Origin: a virus | Lineage: Duplodnaviria > Caudoviricetes | IMG/VR virus record: IMGVR_UViG_3300028591_000171 | Location: 14,634 to 78,633 of that record | Strand: one strand, 5' to 3' | DNA length: 64,000 nt | Shown: one piece after another, positions 40,001-45,883 of the stretch | Position numbering within the stretch: the first letter of the stretch is position 1 | Layout: the number at the start of each line of letters is the position of its first letter | Translations under genes and position numbers: made by a program | The notes under the pieces: model-generated | Told to the model about the DNA's origin: nothing | Databases searched by the model: none | Seen by the model: only the letters and a program-made list of their open reading frames with translations

Positions 40001-42455
40001 CGAATCTAGCTACATTCTCGGCTCTTCTTATCTCTTGTGAGAAGAAATCAACGGCCTTATCTGCTATTATGACATGATAATTATCTTTAGCCCAACTGAC
40101 AGAACCGTCAATATCCTCAATATTGTTATTTGAATATCTTCTACCGCGAATGAGTGAGTTCCTTGGTTTGTCTGACGCTATCAACGATCTGTACCAAGCC
40201 GTCCCAGGCATCTCGCCAGCCTGGTTGTGATAGTCGTTCATTATGCTCAACGCATAAGTCAGGTCGGATAATTCAGTGTAATCCTTCCCATTTACTATTG
40301 GCTGCTCGGCGTATTCTATGATATTGCCGTTATTATGGTATATATCCTCAAGCCAATCCGAGTAGAAATGTATGTCTTTATCAGCTTTATCCTCATTCGG
40401 TTTAATGAACCACAGCGTATCCTTGCCGTATTTGCTTTCTATATACTCACGCACTTTTTGCCTGTCGGTGTTTTTCAGTCTTGATATTATCGTGCCGATT
40501 GATGACGGGTTATTTCTCGAATAATATGATTTCCCGTTCATGTAGGCGGCGGACTCCTGCGAGTCGGTATCAACTGATGTTATCAGGTTTATCAGGTTTG
40601 AATATCCGTTTACTATTTTCCTGGTATATTGCCTTGTCGAGGCGTCTTTCCTCATAGACATGGGGTTGGTTACGGGAGTGTCCGGTATAGAACCATCCTC
40701 AATCGCGTCGCCCCATTCTATAAGTGATCTCATGATTGAATCAGCTTCCCTCTGTAATTTGAGTATCTGATTCCCAATAATGGTTGTGTTGTTCAGCCTT
40801 GTTTGGTTGTCATGTTTAGTGTTGTCATAATTACCAGTCCTTGAATACGCGTGTATCGCAGTCTTTGACATATCAATGCCTAAAGCCTTTAATATGTTTG
40901 ACAACTTTTTGGTGGCGTCTTCTATCAACTTGTTCACCTCCTCAGCTGACGCGCCGCTATTTGCCATGCCTAACGCGTTCCTTACTATACCTTCAACCGA
41001 CTTGTCGTCTTGACGTATTCTACCGACGGGGGAGGATAATTGTTTTCTTAGCTGGCGTATATTATCGAAACTGATAGCTGTATTCTCGAACATCGGCCCA
41101 GACATGCTTGCGAACATGCTCCTGACCTTGTTCATCATCCTGTCATATTTCCCTCCTGTATTGGCGTCCCTGTTTTTGAAACACATGTCACCATTATTGG
41201 CGGATGTGTATGTCGTCCTGAATCTTGTGAACGGTTTGTAAACAGACTGGAAGAACAATGTTCTCAATTGCTCTTTTCTGTCAGAGGACATGTCGACGCC
41301 ATTCATGTCAAGCGCGTCATTCGTGTCAAGCATCTGGATAATCTGGGTCATCCATGGGTAGACCTCTTGCTTGCTTCTGATAGCGTTAAAAACCTCGTCA
41401 GAGTTGGCACAATTGTCACATATCTTATGCAGGATATTCAAGGCCTTTGACACTGATATGTATGTCGGCAACCCGAACCCGAACTGGTCAGTCCTGAAAT
41501 TCCCGTTGCTGTCTATATCCCTGCAATTAGCGAGGAGTATTTTTACCTCGGGGACTATTTTGGAATACACCGATTTGTTCTGGTCGGACACGCTGAACAG
41601 ACTGACAGGCATTGTCTCCTTCTCGACGTCATCGTCATCCTCAGGCCCATCATTCTCGTCATCTGTGTCATTCCTTTCAGCGGATGTTGATGTGGACCCG
41701 CTTGCCTCGCTTGTCTCATTAGGGTTCACTTTTATTCCCTCGTCTCTGAAAAGATTACCACCGTACATGTAAATCATGGTACGGAAATTATTTATGGCGG
41801 TCTTTAATTCTGATGCCAAGTCAGAATTACCATCTTTCTCAAGTTCGGCGATCCTGTCCTTGAATTCCTCTACTATAGTCGAGATTATATATCTGTTGGC
41901 TTTAGGGTCATTGTAGTATAAAGCCCTGCTGTTTTGCTTGGATATACCATTCTCGTATCGCTCGTTTCGGTCCGTGTCTAATATTGTTATAAGCTCAGAT
42001 ATCCTGCGGCACATATACTGTCCGAGGAATTCCATTCTTTTAGGGCTCTTAAACCCCTTAAGCAGTGACGCTATTTTAACTGACGATATCTTGCTCAGGT
42101 TGACAACATCCTTAATGTCGTCTTTATAGTCAATCAGATCACTCACAATCTCGTCATTGACGTCGCGCTCCAAAATCTCTCGCAAGTCATCTTTTATATC
42201 CGCGAGCTTTGAACCTCCTATATACCCGAATATGTCTGATGATTTTATCAGCTGTTCTGTATATGTTTTTAACGCGTCATTAAACTCTTGATATGACTCA
42301 AGATCATCCACTGTCATCTTATCGTAATCGAGAGCGTTATTATTGCTCTTTGCGATATTTAGGATATTCCTTGCCTCTTTGTCGGATATCCTATACTTTT
42401 TTGCCACTTGCTTAGCGAGCGGATGGAACGTAGGAATGCACCACTTTTTTGTCAT
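34044..42455 (-). CDS. Virion-packaged DNA-dependent RNA polymerase, crAss-like single-chain double-psi type
   Basis: 2803 aa. Catalytic GADFDIDTD (DFDID at 37593-37607) preceded by YRIPTEMKYS; also NFQKRNAQ and DATDGQAF motifs. Confidence 0.88.
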   Translation of the reverse strand: MTKKWCIPTFHPLAKQVAKKYRISDKEARNILNIAKSNNNALDYDKMTVDDLESYQEFNDALKTYTEQLIKSSDIFGYIGGSKLADIKDDLREILERDVNDEIVSDLIDYKDDIKDVVNLSKISSVKIASLLKGFKSPKRMEFLGQYMCRRISELITILDTDRNERYENGISKQNSRALYYNDPKANRYIISTIVEEFKDRIAELEKDGNSDLASELKTAINNFRTMIYMYGGNLFRDEGIKVNPNETSEASGSTSTSAERNDTDDENDGPEDDDDVEKETMPVSLFSVSDQNKSVYSKIVPEVKILLANCRDIDSNGNFRTDQFGFGLPTYISVSKALNILHKICDNCANSDEVFNAIRSKQEVYPWMTQIIQMLDTNDALDMNGVDMSSDRKEQLRTLFFQSVYKPFTRFRTTYTSANNGDMCFKNRDANTGGKYDRMMNKVRSMFASMSGPMFENTAISFDNIRQLRKQLSSPVGRIRQDDKSVEGIVRNALGMANSGASAEEVNKLIEDATKKLSNILKALGIDMSKTAIHAYSRTGNYDNTKHDNQTRLNNTTIIGNQILKLQREADSIMRSLIEWGDAIEDGSIPDTPVTNPMSMRKDASTRQYTRKIVNGYSNLINLITSVDTDSQESAAYMNGKSYYSRNNPSSIGTIISRLKNTDRQKVREYIESKYGKDTLWFIKPNEDKADKDIHFYSDWLEDIYHNNGNIIEYAEQPIVNGKDYTELSDLTYALSIMNDYHNQAGEMPGTAWYRSLIASDKPRNSLIRGRRYSNNNIEDIDGSVSWAKDNYHVIIADKAVDFFSQEIRRAENVARFAAFGTGTRVDNYDIEINTPEKEAVINKMRDKKKVSINDVVKDGKYIFRNTGASFFMSKFINNEIEKGSELGKYVVDRIFNSHLSTKPVRVITPKASSEYKKVFHDYMSELRDKFSDYMKSIGAYEKKTINAGDNGNIKIDTLKYLIGNMMEWHSGDIGYTKRLYEFSSEAAKQMALKDGYTDETYGKDTRVHRYYMELANFQNDIEEFVYNNWLAKANMSEIFDVDLAFYKNTTNFQKRNAQVVSAGYPIDPTAKIHGSRVTDGKYRSITIRTKKIKAPSYDAIESALRKQLEKITDNNERAVLEKAVDNTLKSLTKFDATDGQAFTGLTGLRKRMVGLGKWTRSNSRDEDINGVTTINGKEVKIYTDEAVYQRIKNNKQLDIYDYLHVFGQPQKPFVYSMVNMNRAGRGDGQITVPVQHKNSEYALIYITAFQQKGKLGSQAEAIAKFLEETAEDNELTGIDTANFDSAVKIGGNDDAIELEGLSAEDTLKALREALYVTDKNGNYVLKDGKKVRRADNPVAVTEYDVEDYKIVQEKPEHFKHNAQPLGAQMKILCVNNIKDDETCVMPNGKKITGKELKNRYFKALSKKTMNSEKEFRRSLGLNMPHSSRIHRLSYTLKSAMASDQRFTSDMRRSISIVNRDGVDQFVLPLDDPSQQLSVEAMLYSKIRKSYYKEKTNGGVVVQATSWASADDLRIVFDNDGNYQYFEIEAPMPDYVLRMLERADGGVDRFLNSDGTWNMDEIHKVVPDSAFDAICYRIPTEMKYSIMKCRIKRFTPSWAGSVAKYPKELTLFTGADFDIDTDFVELRPIDGSDDYDVDKEIFDLQWAALGSNSGILEGFRPGDFDDLSAMSYYVTLLANGYDKDILDGMSKSRLKSACEDVEDMDLMDPKTDVLLRKQNMDASKMIGIAAVGVTAHAFISVYNDEGVSSGRIENTTRLLFKEGSDKSVTESFKVINDSDPEHQTEKRISGAVTLDAINDMDNKLISAEIGKYVGASADAAKDAALYRLNITQQSMPILILMHRLGISSDVARMFIAQPVVRRVMDKINISSAFGHGGMDSAIDDVLSELAETEKPDNMSWENWQTDFVAKINDVKHDQNITLRYSDLVRNISDPESQTLYDKLKILQVLDTLRGKEAKVRNLDSFARYNSMTAMKGSSFFDRLVARKKIERLVNNLNSENSTIKLPDNISISDEFTQDEFGKLCTMFPHVGRVILGEQEMTDQIILENMHTYNETFFEAARKLGILDSDTTGDNVDKLNTLYEGYKSYLLFLGENRIEDFTNPETVKFYTTDFEEYYTNTLDDIKKSDETFYNTVIKNNSFIQGIGHLDSKDGYRQFGMLKTDINYLRGPELEMFQKDWADLLRYPQTHDFVINITKHFLARSTSFSNTTPISVMPLAIKEAIPNYTRAFFDADKTSMSEKDMFELTALVCLNNSQRDKGIVPYFENKPKRQVVTFSQAEVEGGQTIVLEIDEKLGGKIKNWISGRENELTITMPVINVDGNFFLVNNTSVERVKKGDDYKLLVSVDMVDPMGIPNQMLEYVKLGDVYNGESLFANTGEQAPDPNLSSDETSAIEPMQDDAEESGFAAYLNSNVNDDTYSGTFISTNPYGDDNVEVPIPNALASDPLAYREPAFLESRRHLKRISKIASLFGMSDGQVERMVKDGKPTYSINLKPNGSAMDQHREAIKTAAIMDALSDKPINPVVKTYTSDIKECNAVEVVVKLNNKAYAQNKESVISAANKTHLEWEYNGNRQELRFFVDINPSDMTALRASMMNGIDTVKSSMGELSGAGLIKSDKVAANFIIKDNISDYDVYNVINSLSNGRENENEPDDGGQNPEDAERSGNRAWQPVRIGDIISIAKRKLHGEASKEEIAELFGERMYPLSGARESYRSYTLSDKVIDSMEEDVYDEIYDVMESDEKASINPASAMDNLIIQTANWILANRPTDALVDLMNRKGISSDSAESVINTIDNILNELDIC

Positions 42456-42473
42456 ATAACATTGATATTTTCA

Positions 42474-42481
42474 CAAAAATA
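42474..42481 (-). promoter_or_regulatory. Bacteroidota -7 promoter element directly upstream of the RNAP gene
   Basis: TATTTTTG on the minus strand, 18 nt before the RNAP ATG. Confidence 0.55.
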
Positions 42482-42587
42482 CCAAGAAAAGGGAGTGGGA
42501 TATTGAAGGTAACTGATACTGTTTTACGACAATAACAAAATGACTTTATGGTGATTCATGTTACTTGACACGTGTTATCTTTGTATT

Positions 42588-42688
42588 GAGGGACAAATTC
42601 TTTCTCATGCTTATTGAATTTGGTTAAGAGTTTCATGATTAATTATGTGTTTGGGTAACGGGATGTCGTGAGATTTCCCGTTATTTTT
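42588..42688 (+). ncRNA. Candidate small RNA 1 ending in a GUCGUGAGAU-capped hairpin
   Basis: TATCTTTG promoter element at 42576-42583; taacggga/tcccgtta stem at 42656-42683 followed by ttttt. Start is approximate. Confidence 0.5.
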
Positions 42689-42702
42689 ATTATCTTTATG
42701 TG

Positions 42703-42770
42703 TTGTTTAAGGTTTAATAATTCTTTCAATAAAGGCTGAGAGTCGTGAGATTCCCAGCCTTTATCTATTT
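42703..42770 (+). ncRNA. Candidate small RNA 2 ending in the same hairpin motif
   Basis: TATCTTTA near-consensus element at 42691-42698; ataaaggctg/cagcctttat stem at 42729-42764 with gtcgtgagatt cap. Ends approximate. Confidence 0.45.
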
Positions 42771-42850
42771 AAAAAGCCCTTCCGGTATCTCTCGACACTG
42801 GAAGGGCTGTTGCAATTCAATGATAAAACTATTTTAAAAATGCTCGACCG
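42771..42850 (-). ncRNA. Candidate small RNA 3 (convergent) ending in a GUCGAGAGAU-capped hairpin
   Basis: Minus-strand TATATTTG at 42854-42861; agcccttcc/ggaagggct stem at 42775-42808 followed by ttttt on the minus strand. Confidence 0.5.
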
Positions 42851-42853
42851 TCA

Positions 42854-42909
42854 CAAATATAATAAAAAGATATTGATTATCAAATATTGAAACAATTTTG
42901 TTATATTTG
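42854..42909. promoter_or_regulatory. Back-to-back divergent TATATTTG promoter elements
   Basis: TATATTTG on minus (42854-42861) and plus (42902-42909); the plus element is 17 nt upstream of ATG 42927. Confidence 0.6.
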
Positions 42910-42926
42910 TGTCAAATCATATCGAT

Positions 42927-43247
42927 ATGGAAAAGTCAGAGAAAAAAATGTTGCTTTTCGTCGTGATGTTCCTAGTCGCGGCGATGACGATTGGCGGTCT
43001 CGGAAACGCCGCCGTGGTTTACCAGAAGATCTACTGGATTCCATGTGTTATTAACATCTTCGTTTACATCTACATCCTTTACAAAATCTTCAAGGCTGGC
43101 GACAAGGCTGGTGTCGAGGAGACAAAGGAGACCGAGAAGCCGGAGACCGGAGGAGCTCCACTGCCTCCGACTGAGAACGAGAAGATCGACAATGTTGTCG
43201 AGACCGTCGTGAAGAAGCCGTCCAAGACAAAGAAGAAGAGCGAGTAA
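42927..43247 (+). CDS. Two-TM membrane protein with charged C-terminal tail (holin candidate)
   Basis: Hydrophobic LLFVVMFLVAAMTIGGL and IYWIPCVINIFVYIYILY, then a Lys/Glu-rich tail; heads the lysis-like cluster. Confidence 0.55.
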   Translation: MEKSEKKMLLFVVMFLVAAMTIGGLGNAAVVYQKIYWIPCVINIFVYIYILYKIFKAGDKAGVEETKETEKPETGGAPLPPTENEKIDNVVETVVKKPSKTKKKSE

Positions 43248-43342
43248 CCAAACGGAGTAACAAAATCAATTACATGAGATAAGCTTATCGCTTTCTCATG
43301 TTTTTTTATTTGTGTTCCTGTATAATTTTGTCTAAAAAGAAC

Positions 43343-43741
43343 ATGGATATGAATTTTGAAGCAATAATGGGCTATGTCGTCACGGGTATCGGAGGACTGC
43401 TCGGTGGCGGAGGCATAATGGCTCTTTTCAATTGGAAAGAGAATAAGGGCAAGGCAAAGGAAGAGGTCAAGTCTGACGCGCTTGAGAATATAAGGAAGGA
43501 GGTTGAGGTATATCAGACAATAATTGCCGACCAGAACAAGAGGATCGCAGAATTGACACAAGAGGTCGATGCTTTGAGGAAGGAGAAACGGGAGGCTGAG
43601 ATCGAACATCAGCGTCAAATCAGCAATCTCCAGAAACAGATTGTCGAGATCACAAAGGCTCTTGGAATCAAGGCTAATGAGCGTATACGCGACGAGAAAA
43701 CAGGCAGGTTCATAAAGGGTGAGAAATGTATCTCGTTCTGA
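43343..43741 (+). CDS. N-terminal TM + coiled-coil protein (holin-like), C-terminal RDxxGRF motif
   Basis: IMGYVVTGIGGLLGGGGIMALF then heptads; TAATTTTG promoter element at 43323-43330. Confidence 0.55.
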   Translation: MDMNFEAIMGYVVTGIGGLLGGGGIMALFNWKENKGKAKEEVKSDALENIRKEVEVYQTIIADQNKRIAELTQEVDALRKEKREAEIEHQRQISNLQKQIVEITKALGIKANERIRDEKTGRFIKGEKCISF

Positions 43742-44208
43742 CAAGGATATACAAGTGTGACCAGTACACGATAGGTCGCCTGTATCTTGAGAAGAACGGG
43801 CAGATGACCTACCTGTGCGACACTCTCGAGGATCGTGACAGGGGACTTAAGCTCAAGTGGCCTTTGTCCCAGATTTTGGCTGTCAAGGTTCCTGGCGAGA
43901 CGGCTTTGCCTCTTGGCTCATATAAGATAATAAAAACCATATCACCGAAATTCAAATACCGTGTTTGGGGCAAGAAATATGGCGGATATGTACCGGAGAT
44001 AACACCAGTATCAGGTTATTCGGGATTCTCTGCGACCCGTCTACATCCAGCGAACCGGGCCTCTGAGATCGAGGGTTGTGTTGCTATTGGGAAGAACACG
44101 ATAAAGGGTCAGGTGACACAGTCCCAGAAGACATACTACGACATCATGGACAAGTACATAGTCCCAGCATGGGACAATGGTGAGCCAATCTACCTCACTA
44201 TAAAATGA
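43726..44208 (+). CDS. Putative endolysin (DUF5675-like, L,D-peptidase-like His/Cys motif)
   Basis: CDTLEDRDRGL, KVPGETALPLGSY, LHPANRASEIEGCVAIG; sits between membrane protein genes. Confidence 0.6.
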   Translation: MYLVLTRIYKCDQYTIGRLYLEKNGQMTYLCDTLEDRDRGLKLKWPLSQILAVKVPGETALPLGSYKIIKTISPKFKYRVWGKKYGGYVPEITPVSGYSGFSATRLHPANRASEIEGCVAIGKNTIKGQVTQSQKTYYDIMDKYIVPAWDNGEPIYLTIK

Positions 44209-44543
44209 TAGTTCTTAAGAGCAGTATATTCCCCTTGGGCAAGTTCTCCGCGATCAATCTCTTCGGTATCGTGATACTCAAGAAGAAATCTGTCGAGAGG
44301 AAATCAGTGCAGTCAATCATCAGGCTTTTGAGGCACGAGGCGATACACACGGAGCAGATGAAAGAGCTGTTGTTCATCGGATTCTATATCATTTATGTTC
44401 TCGAGTGGTTATACAGGCTCGTCTTCCACACGAAAACAGCTTACAAAGGATTGTCATTTGAGGTTGAGGCGATATCCAATCAGGGAACTTTAGGTTATCT
44501 CACAAGCAGGAGACATTTCGCGCAATGGAGAAGAAAAGTCTGA
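44205..44543 (+). CDS. Small HExxH protein common in Bacteroidales phage lysis regions
   Basis: AINLFG, LLRHEAIHTEQMKELLFIGFY, SFEVEA. Confidence 0.55.
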   Translation: MIVLKSSIFPLGKFSAINLFGIVILKKKSVERKSVQSIIRLLRHEAIHTEQMKELLFIGFYIIYVLEWLYRLVFHTKTAYKGLSFEVEAISNQGTLGYLTSRRHFAQWRRKV

Positions 44544-45046
44544 TACTTGGCTCTGTCCTGACCATCGTCTGTCTGGCTCTTGTTTTCTCGCTCGGTTTCA
44601 TCACCGGCAATTCATTTGCGCCTGAGCCGGAGATAATAACAAAGCGTGACACGACAACCATATTCGTTCCTGTAGAGGTTGAGAAGCCCGTGCCCAAGTA
44701 TATAACAAAGTACAAGACTGACACGATTGAGTTCCGTTACACGGAGATAAGGCATGACACAGTGAAAGCTCTTGTTCCGATGGAGAGACGTGTTTATGCT
44801 GAGGACTCATTGTATCGGGCTGTCGTCACAGGTTATAACCCTGTGCTTGAATCGCTCACAATCTATCCGACAATAACGACAATCACCATACATGACAAGG
44901 TAAAGACTCAGGCTCCGAGATTCTCATTCGGAGTCACTTTAGGGCCGTCAATGTTGGTCACGCCGTCTGGTGACGTGCACGCTGGAGCCGGTGTCACTGT
45001 GGGATTGCAATACAGGTTTAGGATATGGCAGAGAAGAGAAGACTGA
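44525..45046 (+). CDS. Spanin-like protein (N-terminal TM, beta-rich C-terminus)
   Basis: SLILGSVLTIVCLALVFSLGF, Thr-rich DTTTI/DTI repeats, and a C-terminal FSFGVTLGP...GVTVGLQYRF outer-membrane-like strands. Confidence 0.5.
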   Translation: MEKKSLILGSVLTIVCLALVFSLGFITGNSFAPEPEIITKRDTTTIFVPVEVEKPVPKYITKYKTDTIEFRYTEIRHDTVKALVPMERRVYAEDSLYRAVVTGYNPVLESLTIYPTITTITIHDKVKTQAPRFSFGVTLGPSMLVTPSGDVHAGAGVTVGLQYRFRIWQRRED

Positions 45047-45171
45047 CAATCAAATCACTGTTCGATAGGATAGTTGACAGACCTAAGCCTTCGGCTCCGA
45101 GAGCCGGGTTCAAGGCGAGCGGATCAAGGTATGACAAGGGCGGAAAGCTTAAAGGGAAAAAGACCGTATAG
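45025..45171 (+). CDS. 48-aa basic peptide with YDKGGKLK motif (not in the ORF track)
   Basis: Manual translation MAEKRRLTIKSLFDRIVDRPKPSAPRAGFKASGSRYDKGGKLKGKKTV; overlaps both neighbours. Confidence 0.45.
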   Translation: MAEKRRLTIKSLFDRIVDRPKPSAPRAGFKASGSRYDKGGKLKGKKTV

Positions 45172-45523
45172 GCTGATGCTGGTGACGCTGAAGGTGATAC
45201 CGATGCTTTTGGCGTTATCGGCTATGACCGGCATGTTCCTGGATTTTCTCGGGATTGACAGTTCCGTGCTCTCTTTTGTCGGAGGTGTGTCGTTGTTCCC
45301 GCTGCTTTTCCTTTATCTGGCCTCTTATGTTTTTTGTTTCTGCGAGTATCACAGGATGTTCCTCCATTATGTCGTGGCGAACAACCTGCTGACATATGCG
45401 GATTATTATATAGGAATCCCGATAAACGACAGGAGCCTTTTCATGGTCCATATCATTCTTATCGGGATATTCCTTTTCCTCGTGTTGTATTTCTATAGGA
45501 CTGAGAGATGTTGCGGACAATAA
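45131..45523 (+). CDS. Multi-TM membrane protein
   Basis: Start moved to ATG 45131; four hydrophobic segments; YLASYVFCFCEYHRMFLHY. Confidence 0.7.
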   Translation: MTRAESLKGKRPYRLMLVTLKVIPMLLALSAMTGMFLDFLGIDSSVLSFVGGVSLFPLLFLYLASYVFCFCEYHRMFLHYVVANNLLTYADYYIGIPINDRSLFMVHIILIGIFLFLVLYFYRTERCCGQ

Positions 45524-45801
45524 GGAGACTGCTTCTCGATATTGTCGACGACATAGACGCCGGCAACTCCAACATGAGCGAGGATGAGGAGATGGAGCTT
45601 ATCCGTGTCCTTAAGGAACTCTCCAGGAAGGACAGGCCCATGAGCAAGTATCAGGCTTACACCTATCTCAATGTCAGCAGGGCGACCTTTGACAATATGA
45701 TAAGGGACGGAAGGTTGCCCAAAGGAAAGAAGGTCGCCGGCTTCAAGGAGCTGATGTGGTTCGAGAAAGACTTGAAGGATATCGCCGGTAAGAGCAAGTG
45801 A
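45508..45801 (+). CDS. AlpA/excisionase-like HTH DNA-binding protein
   Basis: MSKYQAYTYLNVSRATFDNMIRDGRLPKG...WFEKDL matches the MerR/Xis-type winged HTH pattern. Confidence 0.6.
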   Translation: MLRTIRRLLLDIVDDIDAGNSNMSEDEEMELIRVLKELSRKDRPMSKYQAYTYLNVSRATFDNMIRDGRLPKGKKVAGFKELMWFEKDLKDIAGKSK

Positions 45802-45883
45802 TTGTGTCTCCCGGTGTAACTGAATCGCTTACAAGTGTGATATGAGTTCTGATTTTACATACTTTTACCCAAAATATATTGTT

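Noticed and set aside
34044-42455. Intein or group I intron in the RNAP gene
   Set aside because: The ORF is continuous, and I saw no LAGLIDADG/HNH motifs or C...HN splice-junction pattern.
29854-42900. Actively invertible RNAP segment (phase variation)
   Set aside because: I found no inverted repeat pair at the two block boundaries, so a fixed rearrangement is more likely.
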